From Vicugna vicugna (lineage: Eukaryota): a stretch of DNA of 64,000 nt. The DNA is taken from the NCBI GenBank assembly GCA_013265495.1, contig MU057701.1:372001-436000 (forward strand), given 5' to 3'. The position numbers and the translations under genes are program-made. Positions 14,721 through 29,129 of the stretch are shown here, in pieces. The notes under the pieces are model-generated. The model made no database searches. It saw only the letters and a list, made by a program, of their open reading frames with translations, and was not told where the DNA came from. Numbering within the stretch: position 1 is the stretch's first letter; the number at the start of each line of letters is the position of its first letter.

Positions 14721-16139
14721 CCACGATGGTTCTATGATACCTGACCCCACTGGTTATGTAGATGGAGATAATGATACTTGCACCAGATGGTTATTTTAAA
14801 GATCAAATAAGATAATACATGCAAGCTGTTAAGAAAAATAATTGAGAAATACTTGGAAAATTAATGTTGGCTTTTATTACTATATTTTCTGAGGATTTCA
14901 GAAAAATATTACTTGACCTATACGCACTTCCAAAAATCAAATATTTTTTTAAAACACCCTTTTATCTTTTCAATTTGGGGGCTTAAATAAACTTATGAAT
15001 GAGACAGATATTAGATTATACATATATAAGTATAAATCTAAGAGACTAATGATAGATTTCTACATATAGTTCTAAAATAGATCAATACTTCTTTATTTTA
15101 CTTATATAGCCCATTCTACATGTCAGTTGTTTCAGTTTAAATAAATGCCTCAGAGCAGACCAGAAACTTTACCAGTGTAAGTCATCTCAATAGTTTCTGG
15201 TCATGAATGATGAATATTTATAGAAAGCCAATAAGTAAAATAAATTGGCTTTATTTATTATACCACCTGCTTACAATAAACACACTGGGAAAAGTCATCT
15301 CTGATTTTCACAATTTAAAATAGTATAAAGTCTCTCCAAGTTTACTCTGAATAAAATAAGAGTTATTTTCCTCCCTGAACCAAATTAATTCTAAGTTCTT
15401 TTTTTTCCTGGTCTAATGCATTGTATAATTTACAGACTACATGCTCAAGAATAACTTCTCAATTTCATTTATCTTTCTACATTCCACCTTATTCTAGACA
15501 AGATTTTAAATGGCTAATGGCTTCTCAATGTTCCTAGACCCAGATACATTTTAATTACTATTTAAATTATAGTGGTATAAAATCTCTTCCTGCTTGAAAA
15601 TTTTCTGCTACTTGACATTTCTTTAGATACTTTTGCAGTTAACACTTGCAATCAGTGATATTTGAATATGCTGTTATATACAATATAATTTTCATAGGTG
15701 AGCGTATCAAGTAAACACCCAAAAGTTTACTGGTGTGGCCTCACATTTGAAACCCTAATTTTCTTCTTTAAACTTGACATTCTTATTCATTTAAATGTGT
15801 CATATTAATAATGTACAAGGCTGTGTTGGAGAGTCAAAGATAAATAAGATATGGTCTCTTCTAAAAACCTCAGAGTCCAATGAGAACAGTAGAAATGTAC
15901 ACAATTGACAAAAAATAATTTTAGAGAAATTATGCTTGAATGTACAAAACTGACTGAACCTAGCACACAGTAGGCATCAATAAATATGTACTGAAATAAT
16001 GAAATGAAAGGGTCAGATTCATCTACTTGAAGGAGAGAGCACTTGAGCTGGATTAAATCTTAAAGGACAGGTAGATCTTCAATAGATCAATACTGGGCAA
16101 AGATTACTGCAGGGAGAGAAAATCACGGACAGAAGACAG

Positions 16140-16325
16140 GGATGAGGAAGTGGAAATGCAGTGTTTAATGAGTATACAGTTTCAGTTTTGCAAGATGAAA
16201 AAATTTTAGAGATTAATTACAAAACAACGTGAGTATACTTAGCACTATTCAACGGTACACTTAAAAATGGTTCAGATGGTAAGTTTCATGTTATACAGAT
16301 TTTACCACAACTTTAAAAGAATTTT
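16140..16325 (+). mobile_element. L1MB-like 3' end inserted in an antisense L2 (about 15780-16980)
   Basis: tgtttaatgagtatacagtttcagttttgcaagatgaaaa...tacacttaaaaatggtt...ttttaccacaa. Confidence 0.75.
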
Positions 16326-17441
16326 TAAAAAGACAAGGAGGCAAATAAGAGTAGGGCAAATTAAACAAACTTCAAGGTCATTCAATATGGCTAGAGCATG
16401 GAGATTTAGAGGAAGAAAAGGAGTTGGAAAGTAGAAAAAAGTAAAAGAAATCTGAAAAGATAACTATCGGAAAGCGCAGTCAATGAGATTATACAGGAGG
16501 AGTTTTGTACTGCATATCAAGGAGAAGCCCTTCAGAGATTTTTAAGCAGTGAAATGATTATTCTGGAAAAAAATACATGGGTTGGACCACAGAACAGACA
16601 CAGAGAGCAGGACTAGACTGACTAGAAGGCTACTGAAACAGTCTAGCTCTAAATTCAGCAGTAGATGTAAGGATAGGAAGAAAGGGAAGGATGCAGAGAA
16701 GCTGAATCAGAAAAGAGATGTCACTGGACTTTTACAGTAGTAGATCACTGATCACTTTTAGGAGAGTGAGGAAGTAGAAAACAGAGATTTCAGGATGAGT
16801 AAGAATACCAGAAACAGGTTGATTGTTCCTGCTCCAGAATTTTGGCAATTAAAAAAGGAAAAAAAATGGGGAAAAGATAGTATGGATAAACGAAAACAAA
16901 GGAGAAGTGTTTGGATTTTGTGTTGCAAGGCGTATTTTGCTTTGTTCTGTTTTTAGGACAGAAGAAATGGAATGTGAGGAGAAATGATTCGTCACTTCTA
17001 GGCCTGGCCCACAAAACCTTCCCACATGATGCAAAGACATGCAAAGAGAATTTAAGTAGAAAAATATTTACACAACCATTAACTTAAGAGCAGTTTCTGA
17101 AGTAGTGTATCTTCTATGATACTTTCTCCATTTTCCTAAATTATAAAAAAAAAAGTCTTCTAAATTCAAAAATCATTTTAAATTAACTATTTGAACCACT
17201 TTGGAAAGGCCCTAATTTTCCCATTCAACCTCTCAGAAATAGTCCTAAATTGCTTGGCATCCTATCAAATTAAGGCTATTGAGAAAAGCAACAGAACGCA
17301 TTTAGCCTCTGAGGGAAAGTGAAGAAAATAGATGATGAACTTCAAATGCATCATTCTAAGGGTTTTTACTCTCTCTTCTCAACTAATAACATTCTCTTGA
17401 AGAATATATGCATACTTTTTAACAAACGTATACTTGAGTTA

Positions 17442-17660
<219 letters not shown>

Positions 17661-17915
17661 TTAAAGCATTAAAGCAAACTTCTTTTAATCTGTTTCTCCA
17701 TTGCTGATTTAAAACTCAAATCAGAAAGCTTGACCCTGTATCAAACTGGAACACTTTAGATTTTTCTTAGATTAAAAACAATTGATTTTCTCTGAAAGTT
17801 ACCAAAGGTCCAATTCTCCACTCACCAGTATTAACCCCTCACAGTCAACTGCACTTCTGCTTATGGCTGAGGAAGGCAAACCAAAGCAGAAGGATGCCAG
17901 CCAACAAGGAGACTA

Positions 17916-18293
<378 letters not shown>

Positions 18294-19636
18294 TTAGAAG
18301 TAGAAAATGAGTTTTAGTACTTAACATCAAAAACATTAAAACTAAAAGAGTAAACCAAATCAAATATAAACATAGAAAAATTAAAATCCATTATTGATTC
18401 CACTGAGCTATAAGCTATACACTATCTTTCTGCCTTTAATCCACACTGGAAACAAATCTTTTTTTTAAGTGAATAAACTCTCCAAGTTTATAAAGATGCA
18501 TATACTAAGTTGTGTTGAAGAATACACACATTAAGTCTGAGCATTTAAAATGAGGCTAAATATGATTTTTTAATAAAATGAAATAGCATGTATTAATTAA
18601 TATGGAAGTCTGTTTGAATATACCATTAGGACAGCTAAGACTTTAAAATCACCTAAAACCAAAAGGAAATGTACCACATTGAAACTACAACAGACTTTTA
18701 TTAAACTGATGCTTTCCAAGTAGATCCTATCAAAAGGTTCTAACCACAAAATTTCTCTTTTCAATACTGTTAACGAATAACATCCAGAATAAATTTTTGT
18801 TCACAGCTACATTAGGGAAGATCCCACGCAGAAATTACAGGAAGAGCTATCTTAGTTACAGGCTACGTCGTTAGACAAAGGCTGCTGCACTCCCACTGAC
18901 ACATGCACACATAAGCATGAGAGAGAATATGTGTGTGCAGGAAACACTAGAATCAAGATTAATTTACAGTCAAGAAATATGAAGTGAAAGAAAGATTTAA
19001 ACTAACAGCTCATCCCCTGTGCCATTCTGAAATGGTGCTGTAAAAGAGAAGACAAAGTGGTAAGAATGGGAACATCTACTTTTTCTTAATACGGTTTAAA
19101 AAATTTGAATGAAAAAATTAAATTGTTTTAAAATCTATATACCCATTTATGGAAAAGGCTACTTTTTAAGGGTACTACTGAACTGTTTCCTTTCAGATCT
19201 TCTTTTGGATACATGATGTCAAGAATGTCATAAATTCTTAAGGGAAAAGAAAAAAAAACACTTTCTAAAACATTATACATTTCTTTAATGCAAACATTTG
19301 TATTGTTTACAATATTAGGCAACTAATTCTAATTAAAACACTATAAAATTTTGAATGTCCATTTATATACTTTAAAGTTAGAAAATTACAAGGCTCGAGA
19401 AATATTTTAACAGAAATTTTTAAAATGTAAGGAAAGTAACACATCTGAACAGCTATGCATGCATTAATAATAAGTCATAGTTTATAAGCTCCATTAGTAA
19501 TTTCAAAATACACTTACAGTAGAACATATAAGGCTCCGAAAAGATGTGTAAAAATATACTTTATTATAAATATGAATTTGGTATTTAATAATGTGGCTTT
19601 ATATGAGGATCAAATGAATTCTAGGAGTACTCGCCG

Positions 19637-19692
19637 TGTATGTGTGTGTATATATGTGTGTATGTGTGTGTATCATATATATATATATATAA
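19637..19692. repeat. Compound (TG)n/(TA)n microsatellite
   Basis: tgtatgtgtgtgtatatatgtgtgtatgtgtgtgtatcatatatatatatatat. Confidence 0.85.
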
Positions 19693-20099
19693 ATATGTGG
19701 AATTATTAAAAATGTTGTTTCTCTCATTCTCTATGCACATTTCACTAGATCCAAATTAGAAAAGCAGGATATATTTTAAAGAAATACAGACTGTATGTTA
19801 CTTATGTTTGACTCTTTAAAGACTGGAATGTGCATTAAGAATTCATATAAAAATGAAAATGAAACAAAAGTATACTACCCTCTCCAGTTCACATATAATC
19901 TATGTTCATCTTTCTTTTAAAAAAATTAAATAAAATATATGCTTTACAAAAAAACAGGAACCTTTAGGTTATTCACACTTTTTCAAATGAAGTTAGATTT
20001 TTATTTTCTAAATACTATCCATATAACTGAGATGTGCAGTTATTAAAAATTTTCTCAGAGAAAAGAGATTCCTTACAGTACATTTTTCATCCACAACTG

Positions 20100-21210
20100 A
20101 TCTCTTTATTGCTAAAGCTGATATATAGCTTTCTCATCTTTTTTTTTTTTGATTATTAGTACTTTGCAACCACTTTCCATTTTCTTTAAGCTCCCTCTTC
20201 CACTAGTTTCTGTAGAGTCATACTCTACTAGTTCTCTTCCTGCCTTTCTCGCTATTTCTTCATCTTCCATCAAAGCATCCATCCCACCCTCCTCTTACTC
20301 TGTAGGCTCTCAGTAGATGAGGCTGCCCCTCCCAGATCTTCAGCTCAGGGCTGTAAACCCAACTGTCAAACAGGGAGGTTGGACTATATGCTCTGCAAAC
20401 TCAATAGAAGCGAAACAGAATCACCATCTGACCTCCCCACATATCACCCCAAACCAATCCTTCCATGTATTATACAATTTATGACACTATCCATTTAGGT
20501 TTCCAAGCCAGAAACCAAGCTATCTTTGGCCACATCTCTCTCACCAATCTTCATCCCCTACCGTACAATCACCAAGCCCTGTTAGTTCCTCTTACTCCTA
20601 AATCACCTGTGTCTCAACATTTTTAATTTGCATCACTGTAACAAACCCCCACCACGACTTCCTGCTTCAAATTTATTCTCCAAACCACCACCAGAGAATC
20701 CTGTAAAATGCAAGCCTGACAAAACACAGTTCTGACAGTTAAGTTTTTTTTGCTCTCACCAACCCACCCCACCACACATGTGCCCTCTGGTAAAATTACA
20801 ATGACCAACTTGCAGCTTCCCCCAAAACTCAATGCCCTTATTCTCATATCCTGTTTCTTCTAACTAAATACCTTTGTCCTATTTCTTCATCTGACAATTC
20901 TGCCTGGTTTTCAAAATTCAGTTTAAGTGTCATCTGGTCCAGAAAGCAGACTTGATTCCCTCCTCGACTTGACTATCCTCCTTGTCCCTACTAACATGGG
21001 GCAGGTCCCTCTCCTGTGGGGCCCTTCTGCACTCCTCCATCCAGTGCTAACCACAAGTTTCGTAATCCTACATTTATAGGTCTAACTGCTCCACTGGATT
21101 ATAAACTTTGGGGAAACAAGGAAACATAACTTGTTTGCCTTAGAATCAGCAAAGACTAGCCTAGAACCTAACACTCTGAATACTCAATAAATTCTGTTCT
21201 TTGAATTAAT
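20100..21210 (+). mobile_element. L2 LINE 3' portion, degraded
   Basis: Pyrimidine-rich L2-like body ending ctagcctagaacctaacactctgaatactcaataaa. Confidence 0.6.
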
Positions 21211-22637
21211 TTTACATGTTTATGATAATCTGACTTTTTTCCAGGCACCATATACTCATTTCAACTACTTTATATTATTCCCTGTCAAATTCTTGAAATC
21301 CTATGTTTTCTCAACTAACTTGGGCAATATATTAAAGGTTTCCTGTTACATATCTTTTAGAATCTGCCATCCCAAAACCTTTGATCACAATTTGGCAGGC
21401 ACGAAAAATTAATCTCACAGTTTTAAAGCAATAAGAGAATCCTCTTATGACATTCAGTTGTACCCTGCAACAAAACCCTTGCAGCAGATGCACTAGAAAA
21501 TAAAGGTACTAAGAAATATAGCTTTTACCACAGAAGATTCATCATATGTTCAAGATACAGACATCAGAAGCTTTCAAGAAGTTACAGCTACTAACATTTA
21601 ATTTTTCTAAAAGATTAACAGGCTAAAACGAAAAAGACATTAGAAAGTTTTCCTAAGTATTTAAAATAATGTGCATTTTTGAGATTTAATAACTCAGAAA
21701 TACCTGAAATACAAAATATAACCTATAATTATAATTTATAATTTCTAAATATAGGTTTTAAAAATCTGTATTTCTTAAAAAAAAGAAACATCTTTCCATT
21801 GTCACATGCCACATTTTGAAATCAACTTTAAATCTTACATAATTCCTAATATTTTAGGAAGTAGCAGAATGGTAGCCCACCAAAATTTTCAACCAATTTA
21901 AAACCATACTTCTAGCTAAAAGAAATATGGCTCCATCATCTTAGAAATAATTACACCTCTTGAGTGTAATTTAAAAAAAATTTCAAAGCTATATAGTGAA
22001 TTCCACTTTAATCAATTTCTGACTAAATGAACAACAGAAAAATCAACCAAGATAGTAAGCCAATAAGTACCTGGGTTTACTGAGGCAGAGCATCAGAACC
22101 AAGGTATAACCAATCAAGGCCTGGGGCACCTTAATGATGAAATGTGTACCCACACAGGCCTGTCATGCCAGCTTTAGTGCTGAGCACCCACCACACCCCG
22201 ATCAGGCATGCCATGACACACTTCAATGCACACGCGCTCAAGAACTTCAGCCAAAGTCAATTTCTTTTGATAATGCGTATCTTAGAATGAAATAGATTTC
22301 ACTTCAGGGTAGAATCATTATTGAATGCATGCACATCAACAAGTAGCTAGAGGACAAGAGAAATTTTTTAAAAATCTTGAGAGAACTCAGAAGCATTCTA
22401 AAACTTAAATGATATGCAGTATTATCTTTACCACCTTCACACATCTCACACTAAAACTCAACATAAAAAGAAAGCTTGGTATCTGGACTGCTTTGAAAAA
22501 TCACCTTTCTTAAAAAAAAAAAAAAAGAGATAAATCTGATTACCAAATTCAACCTCAAGCCAAAATAAATTTCATCTTATCTTGAGAAGCTTCAATCTAT
22601 TTCAAAAAAGGAATGTTAGGATGATCATGTAAAAGTA

Positions 22638-23254
22638 CAGGCATACATCATTTTATTAAACTTTATTGTCCTTTGCAGACACTGCATCTTTTTTACAAAT
22701 TGAAGGTTTGTGGCAACCCTGAGTCGAGCAAGTCTAGGCGCCATTTTTCCAACAACATTTGTTCACTTCATTGTCTCTGTGTCACATTTTGGTAGTTCTT
22801 GCAGTATTTCAGACTTTTCCTTATATTATTATATGTGTTACAGTGATCTGTAATGTTAATATTGTAATTGTTTTGGGATGCCATGAAACGCACCCATAAA
22901 AGACAACAAACTTAACCGACAAATGTGTTTATTCTAACTGCTCCACTGACTGGTCATTCCCCCATCTCTTTCCCTTTCCTCAGGCCTCCCTACTCCCCAA
23001 GACACAATAATAATGAAATTAGGCCAATTAATAACCCTACAATGACCTCTAAGCAGTCAAGTGAAAGGAGGACTTGCATGTCTCTCACTTTAAATCAAAA
23101 GCTAGAAATGATTAAGCTCAGTGAAGAAGGCATGTCAAAAGCCAAGATGGGCCAAAAGCAAGGCCTCTTGCACCAAACAAGTTGTGAATGCAAAGGAAAA
23201 GTTCTGGAAGGAAATTAAAAGTTGTACTTCAGTGAACACACAAATGATAAGAAA
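22638..23254 (+). mobile_element. Tigger1 5' fragment with frameshifted start of the transposase
   Basis: TA+CAGGCATAC terminus; ORF remnants MTSKQSSERRTCMSLTLNQKLEMIKLSEEGMSKA and QVVNAKEKFWKEIKS in different frames. Confidence 0.92.
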
Positions 23255-23813
23255 AATAAGTCTTTTAAAAGACCATCAATGGGCCATGACAAAGTCTTGG
23301 AGTAATGAAAAATGTATTATACTCTATCTGACTTTTTTACAAGTATTTAATTTGAAATTAGATACTTCTCAAAAATTATACCATATTTAATCCATAAATA
23401 GAGTAATACAAGTTATCTTTAAGTTTTCACTTTTCCTTGTCTGGATATATCCCTTAAAGAGTGTTCAGTATCTATTAATAATATTAATGATAAGGTATCA
23501 ATAAGGCAGCTTAGAAAAGAAAAATACATTGGTTAGGCTGTATTTAAAGGAAAAAATACCCTTCAAAATGTGTCCATGTTTTAATGCTTGTGGTTCGATT
23601 TTTAAGCCTCATTCTCATTTTATCTAAAAAGTAGAATACTATTATTAAACACAACTATTTCAGTAACATCTTCCTTCACTCAAATTCTCATTTCTAAGAT
23701 TATTTTTTCTGTGATGATTCAAATAAGCTTTTTTTTGACATTTAATTCATCAGTATTTATTTATTCTATGAGGACAGTTCAAATCAGCTTTTGATTTAAA
23801 ATACTTGGTCTTA

Positions 23814-23900
23814 TGAATGACTGAAAAATTGTGCTGAACACTGGAATTTGACACAACATTGTAAAATGATTATAAATCAATAAAAAATGTTAAAAAAAAA
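23814..23900 (+). mobile_element. Young 5'-truncated L1 3' tip with perfect 16-bp TSD
   Basis: aaaatacttggtctta at 23798-23813 and 23898-23913; body nearly identical to 58089-58177. Confidence 0.9.
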
Positions 23901-24384
23901 ATACTTGGTCTTACCTGTGGTGTATGGATAAAATGTAAAATATGTCAAAACATTTATAAACTGCTATAAAGGTATTTTGTTACTATCAAATAGTTTTCCT
24001 GATGACTTTTAAGTTGTTTCATTCTTAAAATTACTTTTCAAAATATATGGTCTCTTTCAGTTTTTGTACATTTACTCAACAAATAATCACTGAGTGCTTG
24101 CTCTGGCTACCATGAACAGAAACCTGCTGAAGAACAAGGAGCAGGTGGTTTATACTCCCAGCACACGGCAAAGAGTCTTGTGGAAATGAACTAGGTACTA
24201 AAGCCTAGGGATGCCAAGATGAACACAGTTCTTGCCTTAAGAAGCCCATATACCAATATTGGATAGCAATTGTTTTACTAGCTGACTTCACTTAGGCACT
24301 CCTCCATATTTTAAAAATAAAAAATACCATCCAAAAGGGAGATCTAAAAAAAGAAAGAAAGAAAAGTGTTTCTAAAGTAACTTA

Positions 24385-24738
<354 letters not shown>

Positions 24739-25994
24739 TTATATGCTAGAGCTAAAATTCTGGAAAATCAATCAGTACAAGCCCCATTTGACAGAGTATT
24801 TTCCCTGTATCAGAAACATTTTTTGTCTAGTTTAACAAAATAACAAAAACAGGAATCCATGGAAAAAATATCCTTTTTTGTTTTTCAATATCGGGTTAGG
24901 ACCTGCCAGAAATAGTTATTAACATTTTAAAAATACAGATTAACATTTAGAACTCAACTCTTGACTTTAGTCAAGAAAAATCTGATCTGCAGAAGAAGGT
25001 CTGATAAATTCCTCATAAGATAAAATCTATCAGGTAATAATCACTTTTCTCCTCTTACTACCAATACCTGCCCCATTATAGAAAGAGATCAGAAAACTGC
25101 AAGAGGGTAAATCTTTTCTTGTGTGGTAAAGCATAGAGAAACTCTCCGAAAGTCAACTTACAACAAACAAAAAGCTTTTGGTTTTTTTCCCACATTAAAT
25201 TTCACATTAAAATGTGGTACAATGTACCATTCAAATGCCATTTCAGAAAAATCCAGTTTAGCCTCAGCTAAATTACACGGTAAGTAGGGCACAATGTCAA
25301 AATGAATGTCTGTTCAAGTTCTGACAGCTCCGGGGGGAAAAAAAGTAGCACAATACCAGGACAGGGTGAAATATACCAGAACATAAATTCTGAACGCTGG
25401 GTAGGCTCACTCCGTCTGCAGTGCACATTACTTTTCCACTGAATGGAACACACATATACCTATAAATATAAAATTTGATCAGAAGAAAAAAAAGGTGCTT
25501 AACTGACTCATTAGGCCAAGATCCAGTTTTAATATAATGTAATTGGAAAGATGGTTTCACAACTCGAGCTAAAATTTTAGGAAGAAATAAGAAAGTTTAA
25601 GCAAAGATCGGTCTCCAAAGAGCAAAGACATGTTATCCTGTGCTATCTCTGAAATGAGAGCATAATGTATAATTGCCTTGTCTTGCTTACTGAGAGATTT
25701 TGCTATATTTAAATGCTATATATAAATTATAAACAGATAAGTATAATCATCTATCAAAATTAATTCCTCAATATTAGAAAATAGCTTATCCTAATATCTT
25801 AATGAAGAGTAGAATATAAAGGCCCTAATTTAAATACAAAAAAAATTTTTTTTAAGTAAAGACCCTAATTTCTAAACTTTACTCTTCAAAAAGGCACTTT
25901 TCATGCCAGTTTTATCATTCTTCAAATGACAACATAAACACAACTGTAATAATCAAGATAAAAAGTTGGTCTTCTTAAAAATTTGCATTTTTAA

Positions 25995-26130
25995 CAGGGA
26001 ATTATATTCAATACCTTGTAATAACCCTAATGGAAAAGAATCTGAAAAAGAATAGAGAGACCATAACTGAATCACTTTGCTGTATACCTGAAACTAACAC
26101 ACTGTAAATCAACTATACTTCAATTTTTTT
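25995..26130 (+). mobile_element. L1 3' UTR tip with 15-bp TSD
   Basis: aatttgcatttttaa at 25980-25994 and 26131-26145; ataactgaatcactttgctgtatacctgaaactaacac. Confidence 0.88.
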
Positions 26131-27938
26131 AATTTGCATTTTTAAAATACTCTGGATGAGATAATGATTTGTTCTGCAATAGCCTCGCAAGTAGAAGTTT
26201 CATAAACTAAACTAAGCACATTTTCTTCCTAAATCACTCTACAATTGGGCCCTGCCTTTTCATTCATTAGATCATAGCTCTTCTAACAAAGCATCCAAAG
26301 GGTTGGTTTGTTTTCTCTTGAAGTATATAGTACAGCAGACTTGAAAATTACCCTTAACAGGACCTAGACAGTGGGTAAGAAAAAAGTAAGGAGAGAAAAA
26401 TCCAGTGTTCTACGTACCCTGCACAAGGGTTGACACAGAAGAGGCATGCAATAAAATGCATGTTAAATGTGGAATTTATTAAAAAAAAAAAAAGCCATAC
26501 TTATCTAGGACCTAAAGAGAATGAGATGAAATGATTCCCAGTTCCAAAATCAGAGACAACGCTCTTCCTCAGGAAGCATTCTGGTCTGTGGCTTTAGAAA
26601 TCTTGACGGCCCAAATTATAAATAAAACAAAATCCAAAAGTAATCTCAAACTATGATTTCGGCTATCTATTTCAACATCATTCCTTTCACTAAAACTGCT
26701 ACATAGAAGTAAGATGCACATCTCTTAACTTATCTATGTTGTCTGTTTCTATGTTCATTCTCTTAGTGAGGCTAATAAAAAGTTAAAACAGCAGAGCAAT
26801 AACATAGGAGTACCTCATACTTTTTATATGCTTCTACTCAGTTACATTTATCTTTTGTTGACAAATACACTATTTTCAAGTCTATTTTTCTATTAATTTT
26901 CTGATCCCATAATAGTAAATATTATATGTTTTAATACTATGTCCTTAATTTACCAACAACTTTGACAGCTGGAGATAATTTTTAAGTCATACTAACTTTT
27001 AATGCTAATGTTAACAATATACTGCTAGACTCAAAGTAATGTGTAATATCAAATTTTCAAATCTAGGCATAAGAATTAATTTTCAACATGTAGTTTCCAG
27101 ATATTCAAAGCAGAATTTCAAATCAATTTTGCCAAGCAGAAATTTTCCATTACCAAAGTTGTGGTATAAAGTATATGATGCAATTTGTGTTCTAAGCAAG
27201 GAGAAAACTAACTTCCTTCTTTTACGGATGTCTTTTGCCACAAATTTGTGAGAAGCACATCTTTAATCCCCCTCAAAATTTTTTAGTTCATATAGTATCT
27301 TTTTCTGTATCTGAATCTCACCAACACAGAAAAAATAATGAAATAAGCAAAGTGAAGGCTATACACATTTCCTGAGCAGTCTGCAGTTCTCTAACAACTA
27401 GAGAAAAAAAAATTCACTCATGGCCTGCAAATAGAAAAGGTTGGGATACTTTAGACATTACGGCAATAACGTAAGGAAAAAACTGTTAGCATTTTTCCCA
27501 ATTCAAATTTGAATTAACTAAGTAATTAAGATTTTTAGCTCAATATTGAACAATGAATTAAAAAAGAAATGTCCGCTATATAACTTGATTTCAAATTTTA
27601 AGAAGTAATGCACTAAAAAAAAGAAGAAGAAGAAGAAGTAATGCACTAATGTAAGTTCCATGGTGAACTGAGTCTTTAATTATTGAGGTGCACTGTGAAT
27701 CCCTAAGAGGGAAATAAAGCATGCTGCATTTCCAAATGTATCTGTATATGGAAGTCATTACCTATTAAGTTCAGTTTTGAAACACAGTTTTAGAAACACT
27801 AAGCTAATAGGTGGTCTAGCATGGTCCTAATTTAACCTTATAAAGAGAAATATATGTTCCCAGCATTAATTTAAGGACAAAAACTTGCTTAAACGATGAA
27901 CAGCCAATCAGAAGTAATCAATATAAAGATATTTCCTT

Positions 27939-28186
27939 TGTGGAGAAAAAGGAACCCTCCTACACTGGTGGTGGGAATGTAAATTGGTGCACAGCACTAT
28001 GGAGAACAGTATGGAGGTCCCCTGAAAAACTAGAAACAGAATTACCATATGATCAATCAATCCCACACTTGGGCATATGTCCAGAGAAAACTGTAATTCA
28101 GAAATATACATGTAACCCCGCGTTCACAGCAAGATATGGAAGCAACCTAAACGTCCACTGACAGATGAACGGACAAAGAAGATGTG

Positions 28187-28223
<37 letters not shown>

Positions 28224-28687
28224 GGAATACTACTCAGCCATAAAAAGAGAAACAATGCCATCTGCAGCAACATGGATGGACCTAGAGATTATCACACTAA
28301 GCATAGTAAGTCAGACAAAGACAAATATCATACATCACTTACATGTGGAATCTAAAAAATCATACAAATGAACTTATTTACAAACCAGAAACAGATTCAC
28401 AGACACAGAAAACAAATGTATGGTTACCAAAGGGGAAAGGGGTCGGGGGGACAAATTAAGAGTTTGCAAGAAACAGATACACACTACTATATGTAAAATA
28501 GATAAACAACAAGGACCTAGTATATAGCACAAGGAACTATATTCAATACCTTATAATAACCTATAATGGAAAAATCTGAAAAAGTATATATATTATGTAT
28601 ACATTTATTTTAATAACTTAATCACTTTGCTGTACACCTGAAACTAACACAACACTGTAAATCAACTACATTCCAATAAAAAATAAA
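27939..28687 (+). mobile_element. L1 (L1MA9-like or lineage L1) ORF2 end plus 3' UTR, containing a (TA)n tract at about 28190-28221
   Basis: MEKKEPSYTGGGNVNW...MEYYSAIKR...WMDLEIITLS remnants, AATAAA tail, imperfect tatttcct TSD. Confidence 0.92.
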
Positions 28688-29091
28688 CCTATTTCCTAAC
28701 TAAATTCTAGTTTTACCATCAGTACATATCTCTGTGTGTGCACAAACCAAATTATAGTATGGTATAATTTATAATATTATCAAAACTGCTTGGAAACATG
28801 ATAAAACCCAGACCTAATCCAGTTCCCCAATTCTCAACTGTATTTGGCCAACTTGTACCTGGAACGACACTTTTCTCCTAATTCTAGTCAAAGGAAGATC
28901 AAATAATGAATAACCAGGCTGTCACATTGTCACCAAATCAACAAAGAAGTTCTTTTGCTCTCAAATGTCTGAATGTTATCCACACAAGTATTACAGGAGA
29001 AGATACAAAAAGGACACTGACATTTTACACTTTTTGTGGTTTCAAATGTTTTATAAAACTGTGATTTCACATAAACAAATCTTTTGCCCTC

Positions 29092-29093
<2 letters not shown>

Positions 29094-29125
<32 letters not shown>
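29094..29125. repeat. T32 homopolymer (A32 in HELZ pre-mRNA)
   Basis: Directly visible. Confidence 0.9.

Positions 29126-29129
<4 letters not shown>

Noticed and set aside
22925..23390. Transposase-like ORFs as a domesticated TIGD gene
   Set aside because: Only the 5' ~620 bp of Tigger1 is present, frameshifted and lacking the catalytic domain.
24867..24876. ATATCCTTT U12-type donor motif
   Set aside because: On the + strand, opposite to HELZ; all mapped introns are ordinary GT-AG.
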